Source: Octopus sinensis
Lineage: Eukaryota
NCBI RefSeq assembly: GCF_006345805.1
Contig: NC_043001.1
Span: forward strand, 102,796,001-102,860,000
Direction: 5' to 3'
Length of the DNA stretch: 64,000 nt
Part shown: positions 41,480-54,530 of the stretch, piece by piece
How positions within the stretch are numbered: position 1 is the stretch's first letter
How the letters are laid out: the number at the start of each line of letters is the position of its first letter
Program-made: the position numbers and the translations under genes
Notes under the pieces: generated by a model
Told to the model about the DNA's origin: nothing
Databases searched by the model: none
What the model saw: the letters and a program-made list of their open reading frames with translations, nothing else

Positions 41480-42302
41480 GGTATTGAAACCAGGACCTCA
41501 TAATTGCAATGTGAACTTCTTTTCTTTATCATTTTAAAATAGCTAAAGCTGCATCTCAAAGATAAGACTCTGCTTTCAGAGTCCAAAAATACTTCAGCTC
41601 CAATTAGTTGACAGGTTTCAAGTAACACCCACAAACAATGGAATATTGTTTCCACATCTGAGGGAATGATGTTCTTGCACAGACAAACACCTTAAACCCA
41701 TATCCAGTACTGGATGACTGGGTGACTGGCAAAAACTCATTCACCAACACATTATAACTATGAACCTGCAGATACACTTCCCCCCACCTCTCTCCCTCCC
41801 TACCACCACTATTACAATGGCATCTTCTACTTTGAGCGAGATGGTAGCTAATAACAAATCACCTCCCCTGATATCATCATCATCATCATCATTTTTTTTC
41901 TTTCTCTCTCACCTACTGCAGTGGTGCCTCGCTGTCCACTTCCATTCCTCCCACTATAGTCAGAGCAGCAACTGACAACCGTTCCCTCTGTACCCATGTT
42001 TTCCCTACAGACATCAATTTACAGATGTTCTAAGTGAACAACTGTAACTGTGTAGGTCTCAGCAGTCTGAACAGACCTGCAAAGGTCGTTGGCACTACTG
42101 TCTCTTCACCCACACTAAGCTGCCATAGAAGCCATAAATAATAGATAATATCCACATGATTGCTAGTACAATGAGAAATTTGGAATGTAATGAATGAACC
42201 AGTAAAATGAAAGGTCAATAAGAGAGCAGAAATATTAGCTGAAAAGAGAGATGTAATGAGGGAAAAATTAGAGTCTGCTATGGAACAGCTTTAGCTCTTC
42301 TA

Positions 42303-42352
<50 letters not shown>

Positions 42353-43100
42353 GAGCAGATGGAGAGAGTGAGAGGTGGGCTGAGAAAGGGGACAAGTGAA
42401 AGAGCGGGTGAAAATGTGACACTGGGATAGAGACATGGAAAGAGAGAGTGAGGGGCATAACAGAGAGTGAGGGAAGAAGAAATGAAACTGAGGGGAAAGA
42501 TATAGTGAGAAATAGTGAGAAGGAGTGAAATACAGAAGAGTGAAGGAGTAAAGAAGAAGTCAGAGTGGAAAAGGAAAGAGAAATTGTGTATGTGATTATG
42601 AGAGAGAGAGAGAGGGAGAGCATGCCTACAATTGTGTGTGCATATTTACACACATTCATGTAAGGACATCCTCTAGTTTTCTCTGTTTACTGCTCGTTAG
42701 TTGAACACCCAGAATCCAAAAGTTGGTGTCTGAGTGTAACCTGGTAACAAAGCACTACTACAATAGTAATCACTTTTCTTTAACTTATAAATGTGCAAAT
42801 ACAAAATAATTCAATTGGCAATGTAGTACAAGCTAGCTCTAGACTTGAACCTAAAGCCTCATATATACAACTGAAAAAATTCTTGCTTAATATGAGGCAG
42901 CAACTCTATTTCACAGCAGAAGATAATTCTATTTAACAATCATAAAAATTCTTTTTTTTTTTTATATTCTGCTTATTAGAATGTTTCCATGCAGTTTCCA
43001 TACACTTTGTTGATTTTCTTTTCTATTCTGTGATACTGTTTAGCTTCTGCATTTTGCTTCATGCATGTTATTCCTTGAATGAGAAATACAACAAAAGGAC

Positions 43101-43509
43101 TCTTTTACTCTTTTACTTGTTTCAGTCATTTGACTGCGGCCATGCTGGAGCACCACCTTTAGTCAAGCAAATCGACCCCGGGACTTATTCTTTGTAAGCC
43201 CAGTACTTATTCTATCAGTCTCTTTTGCCGAACCGCTAAGTGACAGTGACATAAACACACCAGCATCGGTTGTCAAGCGATGCTAGGGGGACAAACACAG
43301 ACACACAAACACATACACACACATACATATATATATACATATATACGACAGGCTTCTTTCAGTTTCCGTCTACCAAATCCACTCACAAGGGATTGGTCGG
43401 CCCGGGGCTATAGCAGAAGACACTTGCCCAAGATGCCACGCAATGGGACTGAACCTGGAACCATGTGGTTGGTTAGCAAGCTACTTACCACACAGCCACT
43501 CCTGCGCCT
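43101..43509 (-). mobile_element. SINE family A, full length
   Basis: Reverse-complement match, low divergence. Confidence 0.88.
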
Positions 43510-43628
43510 ATGTTTTTTATTTTTTATTTTTGAGCTTAATTAAAGTTCTTGAGGGAGTTCAAGCCAGTTGCTAACAAAGCAGCAAGATCTACTTGTTAGT
43601 CTGTTTGTATGAATGTTTGTGCCTTTAT

Positions 43629-43836
43629 CCTTTAATATCCATATTACTCTGTCAAATATAATGCTTATATTTTACACTGTTTTTAATTAATCATGCTTCA
43701 TAGCTTAGACATTTCAATGTGACTTTATATTTAGAATGACATTGTAGGGTTGGTGGGAGATGTTAGATCTGGTCAGTTTGAACATAGAACAAGTAGAATA
43801 CATGGGCCAGATTTGGGCTGTTTAAATACTAAACAG
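43629..43836. mobile_element. Second copy of the piggyBac-like MITE, opposite orientation
   Basis: Shares agaatgacattgtagggt (reverse complement in the 7.2 kb copy). TTAA at 43837-43840. Confidence 0.6.
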
Positions 43837-45271
43837 TTAAAGCAATTTAAAGGCTCATGGTCATTTTCTGTCTATTCAGCCACATAACACCAAGACTACA
43901 GAGAATTACAAATGTCAAAAATTGTGAGATGGACAATTAATTCTCTTGACAGGAGAACAGAATCACCAGTAACAAGGTTTCTGGAAACAAATATGGATTA
44001 AAACTTCAGCAAATTCTGCGCCTTCACTTCAAAAGACTACCATTTCTGATTACGATTTTAGCTTGCTTTGTTTAATCTATTACGCTAGTCAGTTTGAACA
44101 GCTATACACATTCTCTTCATGAACGATAGTTCAACAATAGGCAGAAAAATCACAGCTACATATAAACAGGGCATATGCTTAATGGAATATACTGTTTACA
44201 GTCACAACTTAATCCTGACACATTATACAGATCTTTTTGTAATGAGAGGGGAAAAAAAAACTTAAGATAAGCCACTTAAATTGATATAATTGATTCAATT
44301 TAAGTGCAAGGGTAGATGTTATGAAAAAATGTATAATGGTTTTTTTTGTTTCAATATAAAACTACAAAACAGAGGTGTGTGTGTGTGTGCATGCATTAAG
44401 TAACAAAAAAAAAACAAGAAGAAAGAACAAGAGAGAAAGAATAAACTATGATGAATATGATAGCTGTTTAACACTCAAGAAGTTGAAATGGAGTACTGTA
44501 ACATTTTGGACGTTAGCTCTTCATCAAAAATGGAAGAGAGAAATAGAGCATGACGTGGGAAGAGAAATGAATTAGAAAAACTAAAAGAAAAAATTTGAGG
44601 GAGAGGACACAGGCAAAAGGAGAAGGTGGGGAAACGATTCTGTAGAATGGGTCAGGAAAGGGCCGGTGTGTAGATGCATATGTTAAGAATGCTGAGGAAG
44701 AGGAAATGGTGCATACATGTGTTGGTTAGAGGAAGCGTATATGTCAGTGTGTGTATGCAATTGTTTGGTAGTATGAATGCATGTATGTAAGGCTCTGCAT
44801 GTGCATGCTTCTATGCGAGAGACTAAAGGTATAAATGAAGACATGTGAAAGATGGAGTTGTGTGTGTGTGTGTGTGTGTGTGTGCATAAAGAAAAATGTA
44901 TGTAAGGGTGGAAAAGCATTTTTTTTTCCAGCTATGCAGCTGTTACACAGGTAGAATTATTAAAGGGAGAACTTATTTAAACTAGCAAATAGAAATGTAG
45001 CAAAGCATTCTAAAGACTTATCTAACTCAAGTATGAGTGAAAATGAAAAGAAAGTAGAAATATAACCTGAGATAAAATTGATAATACAAAGATGTGTAAA
45101 ATAATCATACTAACTAGGATGGATATCTGTATTTAAAGACAGGCATATAAAATCACTTTTTCCTTGGTTTTATTCATTCTAGTTCGTTAGAAAACAGACA
45201 ACGGAAACTTTCTACTTTATTTTGTTAAATATACCATAAGCTCTTGCTTTTTTCATTTTAATTTCATATAG

Positions 45272-45342
45272 CACTTGGGATCCACTTATGGAGGCCACTA
45301 GTCAAGCATATGAAATAGCATACAAAGCTAATGTCATATTCT
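45272..45342 (+). CDS. Candidate internal exon C (ITWDPLMEATSQAYEIAYKANVIF)
   Basis: T-rich tract plus catatag acceptor, and gtaaga donor. Only one frame is open, and it is phase-compatible with exon B. It could instead be transposon sequence. Confidence 0.4.
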
Positions 45343-46583
45343 GTAAGACTTCAAGAAACCAGCAAAGAGCTAAAAAAATGAAATTGAGCATGAAGCAATA
45401 AAGAGAGCAAAATAAAATTCATGGAAGTATTAACAAATGAATAAATAAAACAAAATGAAAAAGCATAATAAATACAGTGAAGTATATAAATAAGCAATAG
45501 TAATATCAATTCTACATGAATTTTGCTTTCAAAAGACCAGAACATTTTATGAAATTCTGACAAATAAATTCCCAATTACAATTATAGCAGCTATCTAACC
45601 ACTCAACATATGGCAAAGCAATTAGATTACTTAGGCAAAATTTAAGTTAAGATAAAAACTAAAGCAAAAAATATAGAGTTTGATGTTAATCCAATTCTAA
45701 AATATATCTCAAATCTTGACAAGAAAATTATACTTTCGACATCAAACTTTCGAAAATGAAAGAAATCAGAATTGATGGAGAAAATAGCGAGAGAATCTAA
45801 CAAAATAATCCAACCTCAGTTAAGGACCCTGACTAGAGCAAATAATAAAGAGACAAGAGCTAAGAAATGTACAATTCTGCATAAAATTTCTGCCTGAAGA
45901 ACTGAGAAAATACAATATAAGGTCAGAGAGTGATGACCTAATGTAATACTATTTTACTAAAATACTTTCTAACTTGTTCAAATGCCATTCAAAGGATATT
46001 TCACAAAGTAAAGTTGCAGTGATTTTATGCCACCCAAATTAATGATATTTCATTGACCTTTACTTTCTCCTCAAAAATCAATTAAGAGTTTTGTACATGT
46101 TATATAACCAGTTGGACTGTTTAGAAATATGAATGTTCAAATTGATAAGCTGCTAAAATCTTGTAGAGATCATTACTGAGATGCAAGCTTGACTTCATAA
46201 AAATGGTAAGTTCAAGAGGTTAGTGTGAAGATTCTGGACATTGTGACATCTCAAAGAAAGACATGAAACAAAATTACAATAGAAACCAAAGTGTTCTCTT
46301 GATATATCATTCTATACATATTTAAAAACATCTGCAACAAGAAATGGTATAATGCTTTGTGATTTCTTCTTTAACTTTCTATTGCAAACAATATCTGAAT
46401 ATGAATAAATGATAGCAATCAAGACACGAGATGCTATCATGAGAGAAAATATGTGAGTGATCCTACACACAGATCTTATTTTGTTTTACTAAAAGCCACC
46501 ATTGTCTTCATTCTTCCAAACCCAAATAATTGCATTTCACATATATACATATGGAAATGCAGGCACACACACACACGTACATT

Positions 46584-46765
46584 ATCATCATCATTTAACG
46601 TCCACTTTCCATGCTGGCATGGGTTAGACAGTTTGACTGGAACTACTAAGCCAGAGAGCTGCACCACATTTCAGTCTGATTTGGTATGGTTTCTATGGCT
46701 GGATGCCCTTCCTAATGCCAACCACTCCAAGAGAGTAATGGATGCTTTTTACATGCCACTGGCAC
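46584..46765 (-). mobile_element. RTE 3' tail
   Basis: catcatcatttaacgtccactttccatgctggc. Confidence 0.8.
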
Positions 46766-46791
46766 TCTATTGCTTCTGCTAAAATTATATA

Positions 46792-46987
46792 GGTGCAGAC
46801 ATGGCTGTGTGGTAAGAAGCCTGCTTCACAACCACACTTTTCCAGGTTCAATCCCACTGCGTGGCACCCTAGGCAAGTGTCCTCTACCACAACCTCAGGC
46901 CAACCAAAGCCTTGCAAGAGGATCTAGTAGACGGAAACTGAAAGAAGCCTATCATGTGTGTGTGTGTGTATTGGGGGACAAACACAG

Positions 46988-47032
<45 letters not shown>

Positions 47033-47200
47033 ACATACGACAGGCTTCTTTCAGTTTCTGCCTACCAAATCTACTCACAAGGTTTTGATCGGCCAGAGGC
47101 TTTAGTAGAAGACACTTGCCAAAGGTGCCACACAGTGGAACTGAACCCGGAACCATATGGTTGGTAAGCAAGCTACTTACCACACAGCCACTCCTGCGCC
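46792..47200. mobile_element. Convergent pair of SINE-A 5' halves (inverted repeat)
   Basis: Plus arm 46792-46951, minus arm 47041-47200. Confidence 0.85.
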
Positions 47201-48019
47201 TATGTGACAGCGTGTGTATCGTTGGCGACTTTATAACCCCAGGAGATCGTCATCTCCAGCTGGCTTTAGACACCATTTCAGTGCCCTTGAAGTATTTGCA
47301 GAGGGAGGCCATCCCTTCCTCACAAGCCTGAGTGATACACTCGGACTAGTTTCGAGCGTATGTCTGTCATCCTGCAATTTGTGAATGTGTAGAGATGTGT
47401 CGGGGTGTATTCATGTGTGTGTGCATGTGTGTGTGAGTTTCTGTGTGGATGTGTAGGTTTAGGGTTAGATGTGGATGTGTATGTTTTGCTTGTACGGTGT
47501 GGTGGAGGTCGGGCGGCTCTCAATTGAACAACCGTGAGGAAAATAATGATAATTTTAAATTCAAATCCAATAGTGTATTTATGTCATAAGGAAAATTACT
47601 AAATGGAACCCGGACATACATATTTACCGCTCTGGATCCTAATGTAAGTGTTATTAATAATATTATGAATGATAATAATGGTAACATTAATGGTATTGAC
47701 AACGATAATGATGCTAACTTTAATGACACTTTAGAAATTAATATGAAGTAATATAATGTACTATTGACTATGTATATTTGCATCTAGGTACTAATTTGTG
47801 TATGTTTATTATCACAATATTAAGTCGAAAAACTGAGACATTGAATGTGGAACACATATATATTTTTACTAATTTATATTATTTATTTATATCATTATGT
47901 ATATGTATAATTTTATGTATAGGAGTGTGAGTATGTGCACTTATATGCATATGTATATGTTGTATTATGGGTATGCACCCACAACCATGTGGGTATATAT
48001 ATAGACTGATTTATATTAC

Positions 48020-48538
48020 ACTAGCAGTATCGCCCGGCGTTGCTCGGGTTTGTAAGGGAAATAACTATATAAGCATTTTTAGAGAGTTACTTCCTTTATA
48101 GATGCCAATTCGGGCTTTCTTAGCCATTTCTGTTTTGGTGTCTTCAAGCCATGAAGTCGTTGTTCTAAAACAACGCTGGTCTCCTTGACAACGCATTACG
48201 ACGTTGATTTCCTTAAACTCCCTTCCCCACAGCTTCACGAGGGAGGGAAGAAGGGGGAGAAGCAAACACAGGTGCAGGTGTTTGAGTGTGGACACCAACT
48301 CCGCCGCCATCGACACACGAAAAATTATGCATTAAAATGGAATAAAAAATGATGTTAAATTATTTTTTAAATCGTAGACTCATCGTAGACACGCGCTAAT
48401 AGCCAGACGGGCTCGATATTAATCACGACTATAAGATACCCGAATTTGGTTAAACTGCACCGCAAAATGTGGGAGGAGTTAGGAATCTAAATCGTAGGAG
48501 ACAGACACTCACACAACTACAGTTTTTTATGTATAGAT
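48020..48538 (+). mobile_element. Helentron/HINE-like element with a different interior
   Basis: First ~70 bp nearly identical to 35394; similar 3' end. Confidence 0.72.
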
Positions 48539-49083
48539 AATCTCCAAAGAGGCCTTATGATATTTTTGTAAATGTCTCATTTATATCTATATATTGACCA
48601 ACCATAAAGGGCTAATATTGGTAAAATGAGACATACTTATCTACATGGCTGAAACAGCTGCAAGATGTAATCTATACTTATATTTATGTTTGCTTATATT
48701 TATATTCTCTTTTATATATATTCTACTTATTATACAACATTACTCTTTTATGTACACTTTTTTATGTACATTCCTTTATGTACACTGATTTGTTCTGCTT
48801 TTTGTATTTAACTCTACAGTCTCTTATGTGGTGGTTTAATAAAGTATGTGATTGAGTATTATCTGGTAATTGATATTTGATTTAGATGTATTTCTCCATT
48901 TTCTTATCTTGTATTAGTAATTTGTGGTAAATCAATTTACCTTTGCCCATACAATACAGTAAATGAATTGATTGCATCGCAATCATTAACATTTATGTAT
49001 TAACTTTGTTGGGTACCTCACTAGCAGTATATTGGATATATGTTATCCCATGGAGGGTTGCATTTACAACCCCTATCTCAATT

Positions 49084-49134
<51 letters not shown>

Positions 49135-49136
<2 letters not shown>

Positions 49137-52100
49137 TCATCATCATCATCATCATCATTTAACGTCCGCTTTCCATGCTAGCATGGGTTGGACGATTTGA
49201 CTGAGGTCTGGCGAACCAGACTCCAATCTGATCTGGCAGAGTTTCTAAAGCTGGATGCCCTTCCTAATGCCAACCAGTCTGAGAGTGTAGTGGGTGCTTT
49301 TACGTGCCACCGGCACGAGGGCCAGTTTGGTGGTACTGGCAACGGTCACGTCCAAATGGTGCTTTTTACGTGCTACCTGCACAGGAGCCAGTCCAGCAGC
49401 ACTGGCAAAGTCCTCGCTCGAATGTTTCACATGCCACCAGCACAAGTGCTAGTAAGGCGACGCGGTAACATGCCACCGGCACGAAGGCCAGTTCATTGCT
49501 CTGGCAATGATCTCACTCATATGGTACTCTTAGCGCTCCACTAGCAACGGATGCCGGTCACCGAGTTTGATTTTGACTTCGATTTCACTTGCCTCAACTG
49601 GTCTTCACCAGCAGAGTTTAGTGTTCAATGAAGAAAAGGTATAAATAAGTGGACTGGTTACACTCCTAGCATAGGTCACAATGTTATGGTCACACTTGTG
49701 CTTGCTGAGTCTTCTGGAGCACAGCATATTTTCAGAGGTCCCTGTCACTAGTCATTGCTTCGGTGAGGCCCAATGTTTGAAGGTCATGCTTCACCACCTC
49801 ATTCTAGGTCTTCCTGGGTCTACCTCTTCCATAGGTTCCCACAACTGCTAGGGTGTGGCACTTTTTCACACAGCTATCCATATCCATTCCCGCCACATGA
49901 CCATACCAGCGCAGTTGTCTCTCTTGCACACCACATCTGATGCTTCTTAGGTCCAACCTTTCTCTCAGGGTACTAACACTCAGTCGAGTATGCACACTGG
50001 CATTACACATCCATCGGAGCATGCTGGCTTCATTCCTTGTGAGTTTACACATGTCCTCAGGCGTCATGGCCCATGTTTCACTGCCATGTAGCATGGCTGT
50101 TCGTACACATGCATCGTACAGTCTACCTTTTACTCTGAGCGAGAAGCCCTTTGTCACCAGCAGAGGTAAGAGCTCTCTGAACTTAGCCCAGGCTATTCTT
50201 ATTCTAGCAGCTACACTTTCAGTGCACTCTCCTCCGCTACTGATTTTGTTACCTAGGTAACGGAAGCTATCAACTACTTCTAGTTTTTCTCCCTGGAATG
50301 TGGCGGAAGTTGGTCTCTGCGCATTTTCAGTGTTTATTGCTCCCAAGCATCTGCCACATACGAAAGCTATCCTCCCAGTTAGCCTTCCTTTGATATTGCT
50401 GCACCTCTTATGTGTCCATAGCTTACACTGGGTACATCTTATAGAGTTTCTACCTACACCTTTTCTACAGATCGAGCAGGGCCATCTACCTGAAGGGATT
50501 TGTGGTTTGCCTGCCTTCCTACATATTAGGACTTTGGTTTTAGCTAGGTTGACTCTAAGGCCCTTCGATTCTAATCCTTCTTTCCACACTTGAAACTTCT
50601 CCTCTAGTTCTGTTAGTAACTCAGCAATTAGAGCAAGGTCATCAGCATAGAGGAGCTCCCAGGGGCATCCTGTCTTGAATTCCTCCATTATTGCCTGGAG
50701 GATTATGATAAATAGGAGGGGGCTGAGGACTGAACCTTGGTGGACCCCTACCTCTACCCGGAATTCTTAACTGTACTCGTTAACAACCCTCACCTTACTG
50801 ACAGCATCCTTATACATGGCTTGCACGGCTCTCACTAACCATTTATCTATCCCTAGTTTCCTCATTGACCACCAGATAAGGGATCGGGGGACCCTGTAAA
50901 AGGCTTTCTCCATGTCAACGAAGGCCAGGTACAGGGGCTTATCTTTGGCTAGGTATTTCTCCTGCAACTGTCTAACCAGAAATATAGCTTTTCCCTGGCA
51001 CAAAACCGAACTGCATCTCGTCCAATTTGACTCTCTCCCTAATTAGTTGGACTATGACCCTCTCCGTGATCTTCACTACCTGATCCAAGAGCTTGATACC
51101 TCTGTAATTATTTGTATCTAAAGTGTCACCTTTTCCTTTGTAGCAGTTGACTATAGTGCAGCTACACCAGTCATTGGGTATGACTCCTTTGTGTATCACC
51201 TGGTTAACTATATAGGTGACCAGGCTAATGCCGACACTGCCAGATATTTTGAGCATCTCTCCAGTAATTGCTGATGGGTCGGGGGCTTTCCCTGTCTTCA
51301 TACTTTTAATTGCTTTAACTATCAAGGTACTGTCAACTCGGATAGCTGGTCCCTCTGTTGGGTCGACATTCGGCAGACTCTCTTTCTCCCATTCATTTTC
51401 TTTGTTCAGCAACCTTTCATAGTGGCGTCTCCAAACCTCTCTCTTTGCAGCCTCATTTAGTGCAAGTGAACCATCATCCATGCGAACACATTTCTCTCCT
51501 ACCACATCACGATTCTCTCTCACACACTGTCTTGCAACACGAAATACCTCAAGTCTTTGGTCCTCATGGCGCAGAACATTGGCAAATTTTTTCTTATCTG
51601 CTTCCCCTCTGGCTAAATAAACCTGTCTCCTAGCTTCTCTTCTGGCAGTCTGATACGATTCCCTGCTACCACCATTCTTCCAGTCCTTACAGGGGACTTT
51701 GCACCATCCACAGATCTGGTTAGTGGCCCTCAGCAGGTTGTCCCTTAGAAATCTCCAGTTGTCTTCTACCCCGTGTGAAGCTATATCCCCTTCTACTTCG
51801 TAAAAGGCTTCAAGTAATATGTCTCTAAATCTCAGTCCTTTCGCAGGATCTTTAAGCTTCCAGACCCTTCTTCTCCATGTTGGTCATCTTCTGGTTGTCC
51901 TCTTAGTCCTGATCCTAAAGTCACTAACTACCAGTCTATGTTGTGGGGTACATTCTTTGCCTGGGAAGGTTTTGGCATTTATAAGCAGCCATCTTTCCCT
52001 TTATCTGGCAAGGATGTAGTCAATTTGGCTAGTATGTCGGCCCGATCGGTAGGTGACTAGGTGGCTGTTAGGTTTCCTGAAGTTAGTGTTGCAAACCATA

Positions 52101-52472
52101 AGATCATTTGCATCGCAGAACTCCAGCAGCCTGGTTCCCTCCTCGTTGCGGGAACCATAACCGTAGCCTCTATGTACGCCATGGAAGTCCCCAGCATGTT
52201 GTCCAACATGCCCATTGAAGTCACCAGCCACAAAGAGAAGATCCCTGTCGTTCGTCAACAAGGTAGTCTGCAGTAGGGTGTCATAGAATCGGTCTTTCTG
52301 TCCATCGGGTAGCCCTGGCTGAGGGGCATAGGCTGATATAATGGTCGCTAATCCATGATGAAGCACTAATCTAATCTTAAGTATTCTGTCGCATACTCTG
52401 ACTACCTCAATTACCTTTACCCATTTTTCAGCGAGAAGTATACCCACGCCCCCGACCCCGTCAGTATATATA
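49135..52472 (-). mobile_element. RTE-clade LINE, 5'-truncated within the endonuclease, disabled by stops and frameshifts; 3'UTR ends in (GAT)n
   Basis: Minus-strand peptide pieces: APE endonuclease (GVGILL, ISAYAPQ, AGDFNGHVG, SQIDYIL; 52001-52472), RT (NYRGIKLL, QFGFVPG, FVDMEKAF, ELLYADDL; 49804-51523) and RTE C-terminus (LRWYGHV, GRGRPRKT). Reading through two Trp-to-stop codons gives a natural stop at 49690-49692. Both ends abut (TA)n. Confidence 0.95.
49804..50688 (-). pseudogene. RTE reverse transcriptase C-terminal ORF segment with YADD and a PHD-like Zn finger
   Basis: 294-aa ORF in the track. YADD at aa14-17; C-x2-C-x10-C-x2-C-x4-H-x2-C-x14-C-x2-C at aa71-114. Confidence 0.92.
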
Positions 52473-53139
52473 TATATACACAGACACACACATATATATA
52501 TATATACACACACCACCTATCATGAAACGCTGTGGTGGTTGTTCTGAAATAGCAGAGCATACCCCAAAGCTTGTTGTATCATGGTATGTACTGGGTGGAT
52601 GGTGAGATGAAATTAAGAACCAAAAATGAGTGATGTTTAACTAGTACACATCCTGTTTACTATCTGCTTCTACAACCCTTGTAAAAACATATCCTTTCTT
52701 TCTAACACCCTGTACTCTCCTGACCCCCAACTAGACTCTTCATTTGGCTACGACTATTTGATTTAATTCATCCCTTACTCTTCATGATTCTTTCTATCTA
52801 TTCAAACTTTCACTTATATAAGACATTATTCTAAGAAGTTATACATCTAAATATGTTGAAAATTTATCAACTGAAAATGAATTTCTTTATAATAATTCTG
52901 TTCTTGCCATATCATGACATAATCTGGCCATAATTTATTTTCAAATCTAATAATACACATTCAGAATCAATATAATAACACATTCTTGGAAACAAAGTTT
53001 AAGCCACATTGAAATAGCCTATAGTTTGTTTGTATTATTTTGAGCAATACTTATGCCAGACTCCAAAGTTCAGTAAAACAGCACAGTAAATACTGACAAT
53101 AAATCCCATAAGCAATACAATAAAACTTAATAAACAATA

Positions 53140-53400
53140 TTCAGAGCTTCATCACTCCTGGACTCCCTCCACCACTGTCTGTTTCTGCCAGCCCTGGCTA
53201 TGTTGACTCCAGATAACAGTTGAGATCATCTTGTCATCTTGTCTTTAGCTAATCTCTTGATCTTATCCATTGTCTGGTGTCCATTCCGTCACCCTGAATT
53301 GTCCATCTGATCTCCTTCAGTTGCATGTGGCCAGCCGATTTATATTTGTTCCTCTTGATGATTCTTACACAACTCATGATGTCCTAAATTTTTGTTCCTA
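53140..53400 (-). mobile_element. Old RTE C-terminal fragment
   Basis: Degenerate minus-strand translation (IGWPH...NRQWWRE) resembles the RTE C-terminal WAGH...R..W pattern. Confidence 0.45.
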
Positions 53401-53469
53401 TTTCGGTGATTAACAATCCTTTCAGCTTTGTATTTTATGCTATGCTTCACTGAGGAATGATAATCTAAA

Positions 53470-54190
53470 AACAGACTAAGCAACTCTACTGTGATCCCAA
53501 AATTAGAATTAACAAAAAAGATGAAGATGTTTTACAAGCAAAAGTTTGTGAAAAGTATGATGTTAAAAAGCCAACAGTTTTGGATATACACAAGGCAAAA
53601 GATAAACTCTTGACTTTTCTTTGAAATATGATGCTGATAGTTCGAAATCATAGGTTCTCAAAGTGGATGCTACTGCCCCTCAGTGGGTATTGTGATGGCC
53701 CAGGTGGGCAATGGTGCCTAAGGGGGTGGGGTGGAGAAAAAGGAAGCGTTGGGAGGAAGGCAGTGAATTGGGGGACGCTATGAATTTATCATAATATTAT
53801 TATAGTATTGTATACAAATTATATAATATTATATTAAATATTAAATGATTCATAGTATATATAAAGTAGTAAAATATATAATCTTTAATTATACATAAAA
53901 ATAGGGGTGTGGGCACTGGGGGTATTATGTGGCTATGAGGTGGCCCAAAAAGTTTGAGAACCTCTGTTCTAATTCATCAAGCCATTGGTGCAAGGAGGCA
54001 TAACAGAGTTTCATCCATTAAGCATCCTGCAGTAACATTTGTGATGTAGAACATCAAAATATTGCTACCAAGCTTTCTAGGCATATGGATTTTAAGAATT
54101 TCAAAGTTGATAATGGTTGATTATGATGATTTAGAAATGGCTATGGAATGTAGAATAATTTACCCATGGTGAAGCAAAGAGTACACCAAA
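53470..54190 (+). pseudogene. Tigger/pogo-like transposase N-terminal remnant, interrupted by a hAT MITE
   Basis: KVCEKYDVKKPTVLDIHKAKDKLL (CENP-B-type HTH). After the MITE, NFKVDNG*L**FRNGYG resembles FKASxGWLxRFRxRHG. Confidence 0.62.
53649..53966. mobile_element. hAT (Charlie-like) MITE
   Basis: TIRs CA(T/G)AGGTTCTCAAA. Degenerate 8-bp TSD ttcgaaat / ttctaatt. Confidence 0.75.
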
Positions 54191-54335
54191 CAAGGATATC
54201 AAACCATTTAGCAAGAGCTAAAACGCCTTAAATGTGATGGGTCTCTTAATTCATTTAACCCACAGTGAGGTTTTGAAATGTTTAAAGCTGTTTCAGTTCT
54301 GATTTTTCTTGTGTCGTGTGTAAAATTCTTTATCA

Positions 54336-54530
54336 TTGTCATCATTTAATGACCATTTTCCATGCTGGAATGGATTTAAGGGTTTGACAGGGGCTGGCAA
54401 GCCAGAGGACTGTACTAAGCAGTACTGTCTACTTTGGCAAGGTTTCTACAGCTGGATACCTTTCCTAATGCCAACCACTCTACAGAGTGTACTGGGTGCT
54501 TTTTATATGGCATCAGCACTGGTGAGATCA
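54336..54530 (-). mobile_element. RTE 3' tail
   Basis: Degenerate copy of the same tail. Confidence 0.75.

Noticed and set aside
49690-49806. APOBEC-type hypermutation (TGG to TAG and TGG to TGA in the RTE C-terminus)
   Set aside because: Only two events, and the element's other stops arose by different changes.
49940-51633. Plus-strand ORFs over the RTE
   Set aside because: Antisense shadows of the RT-coding frame.
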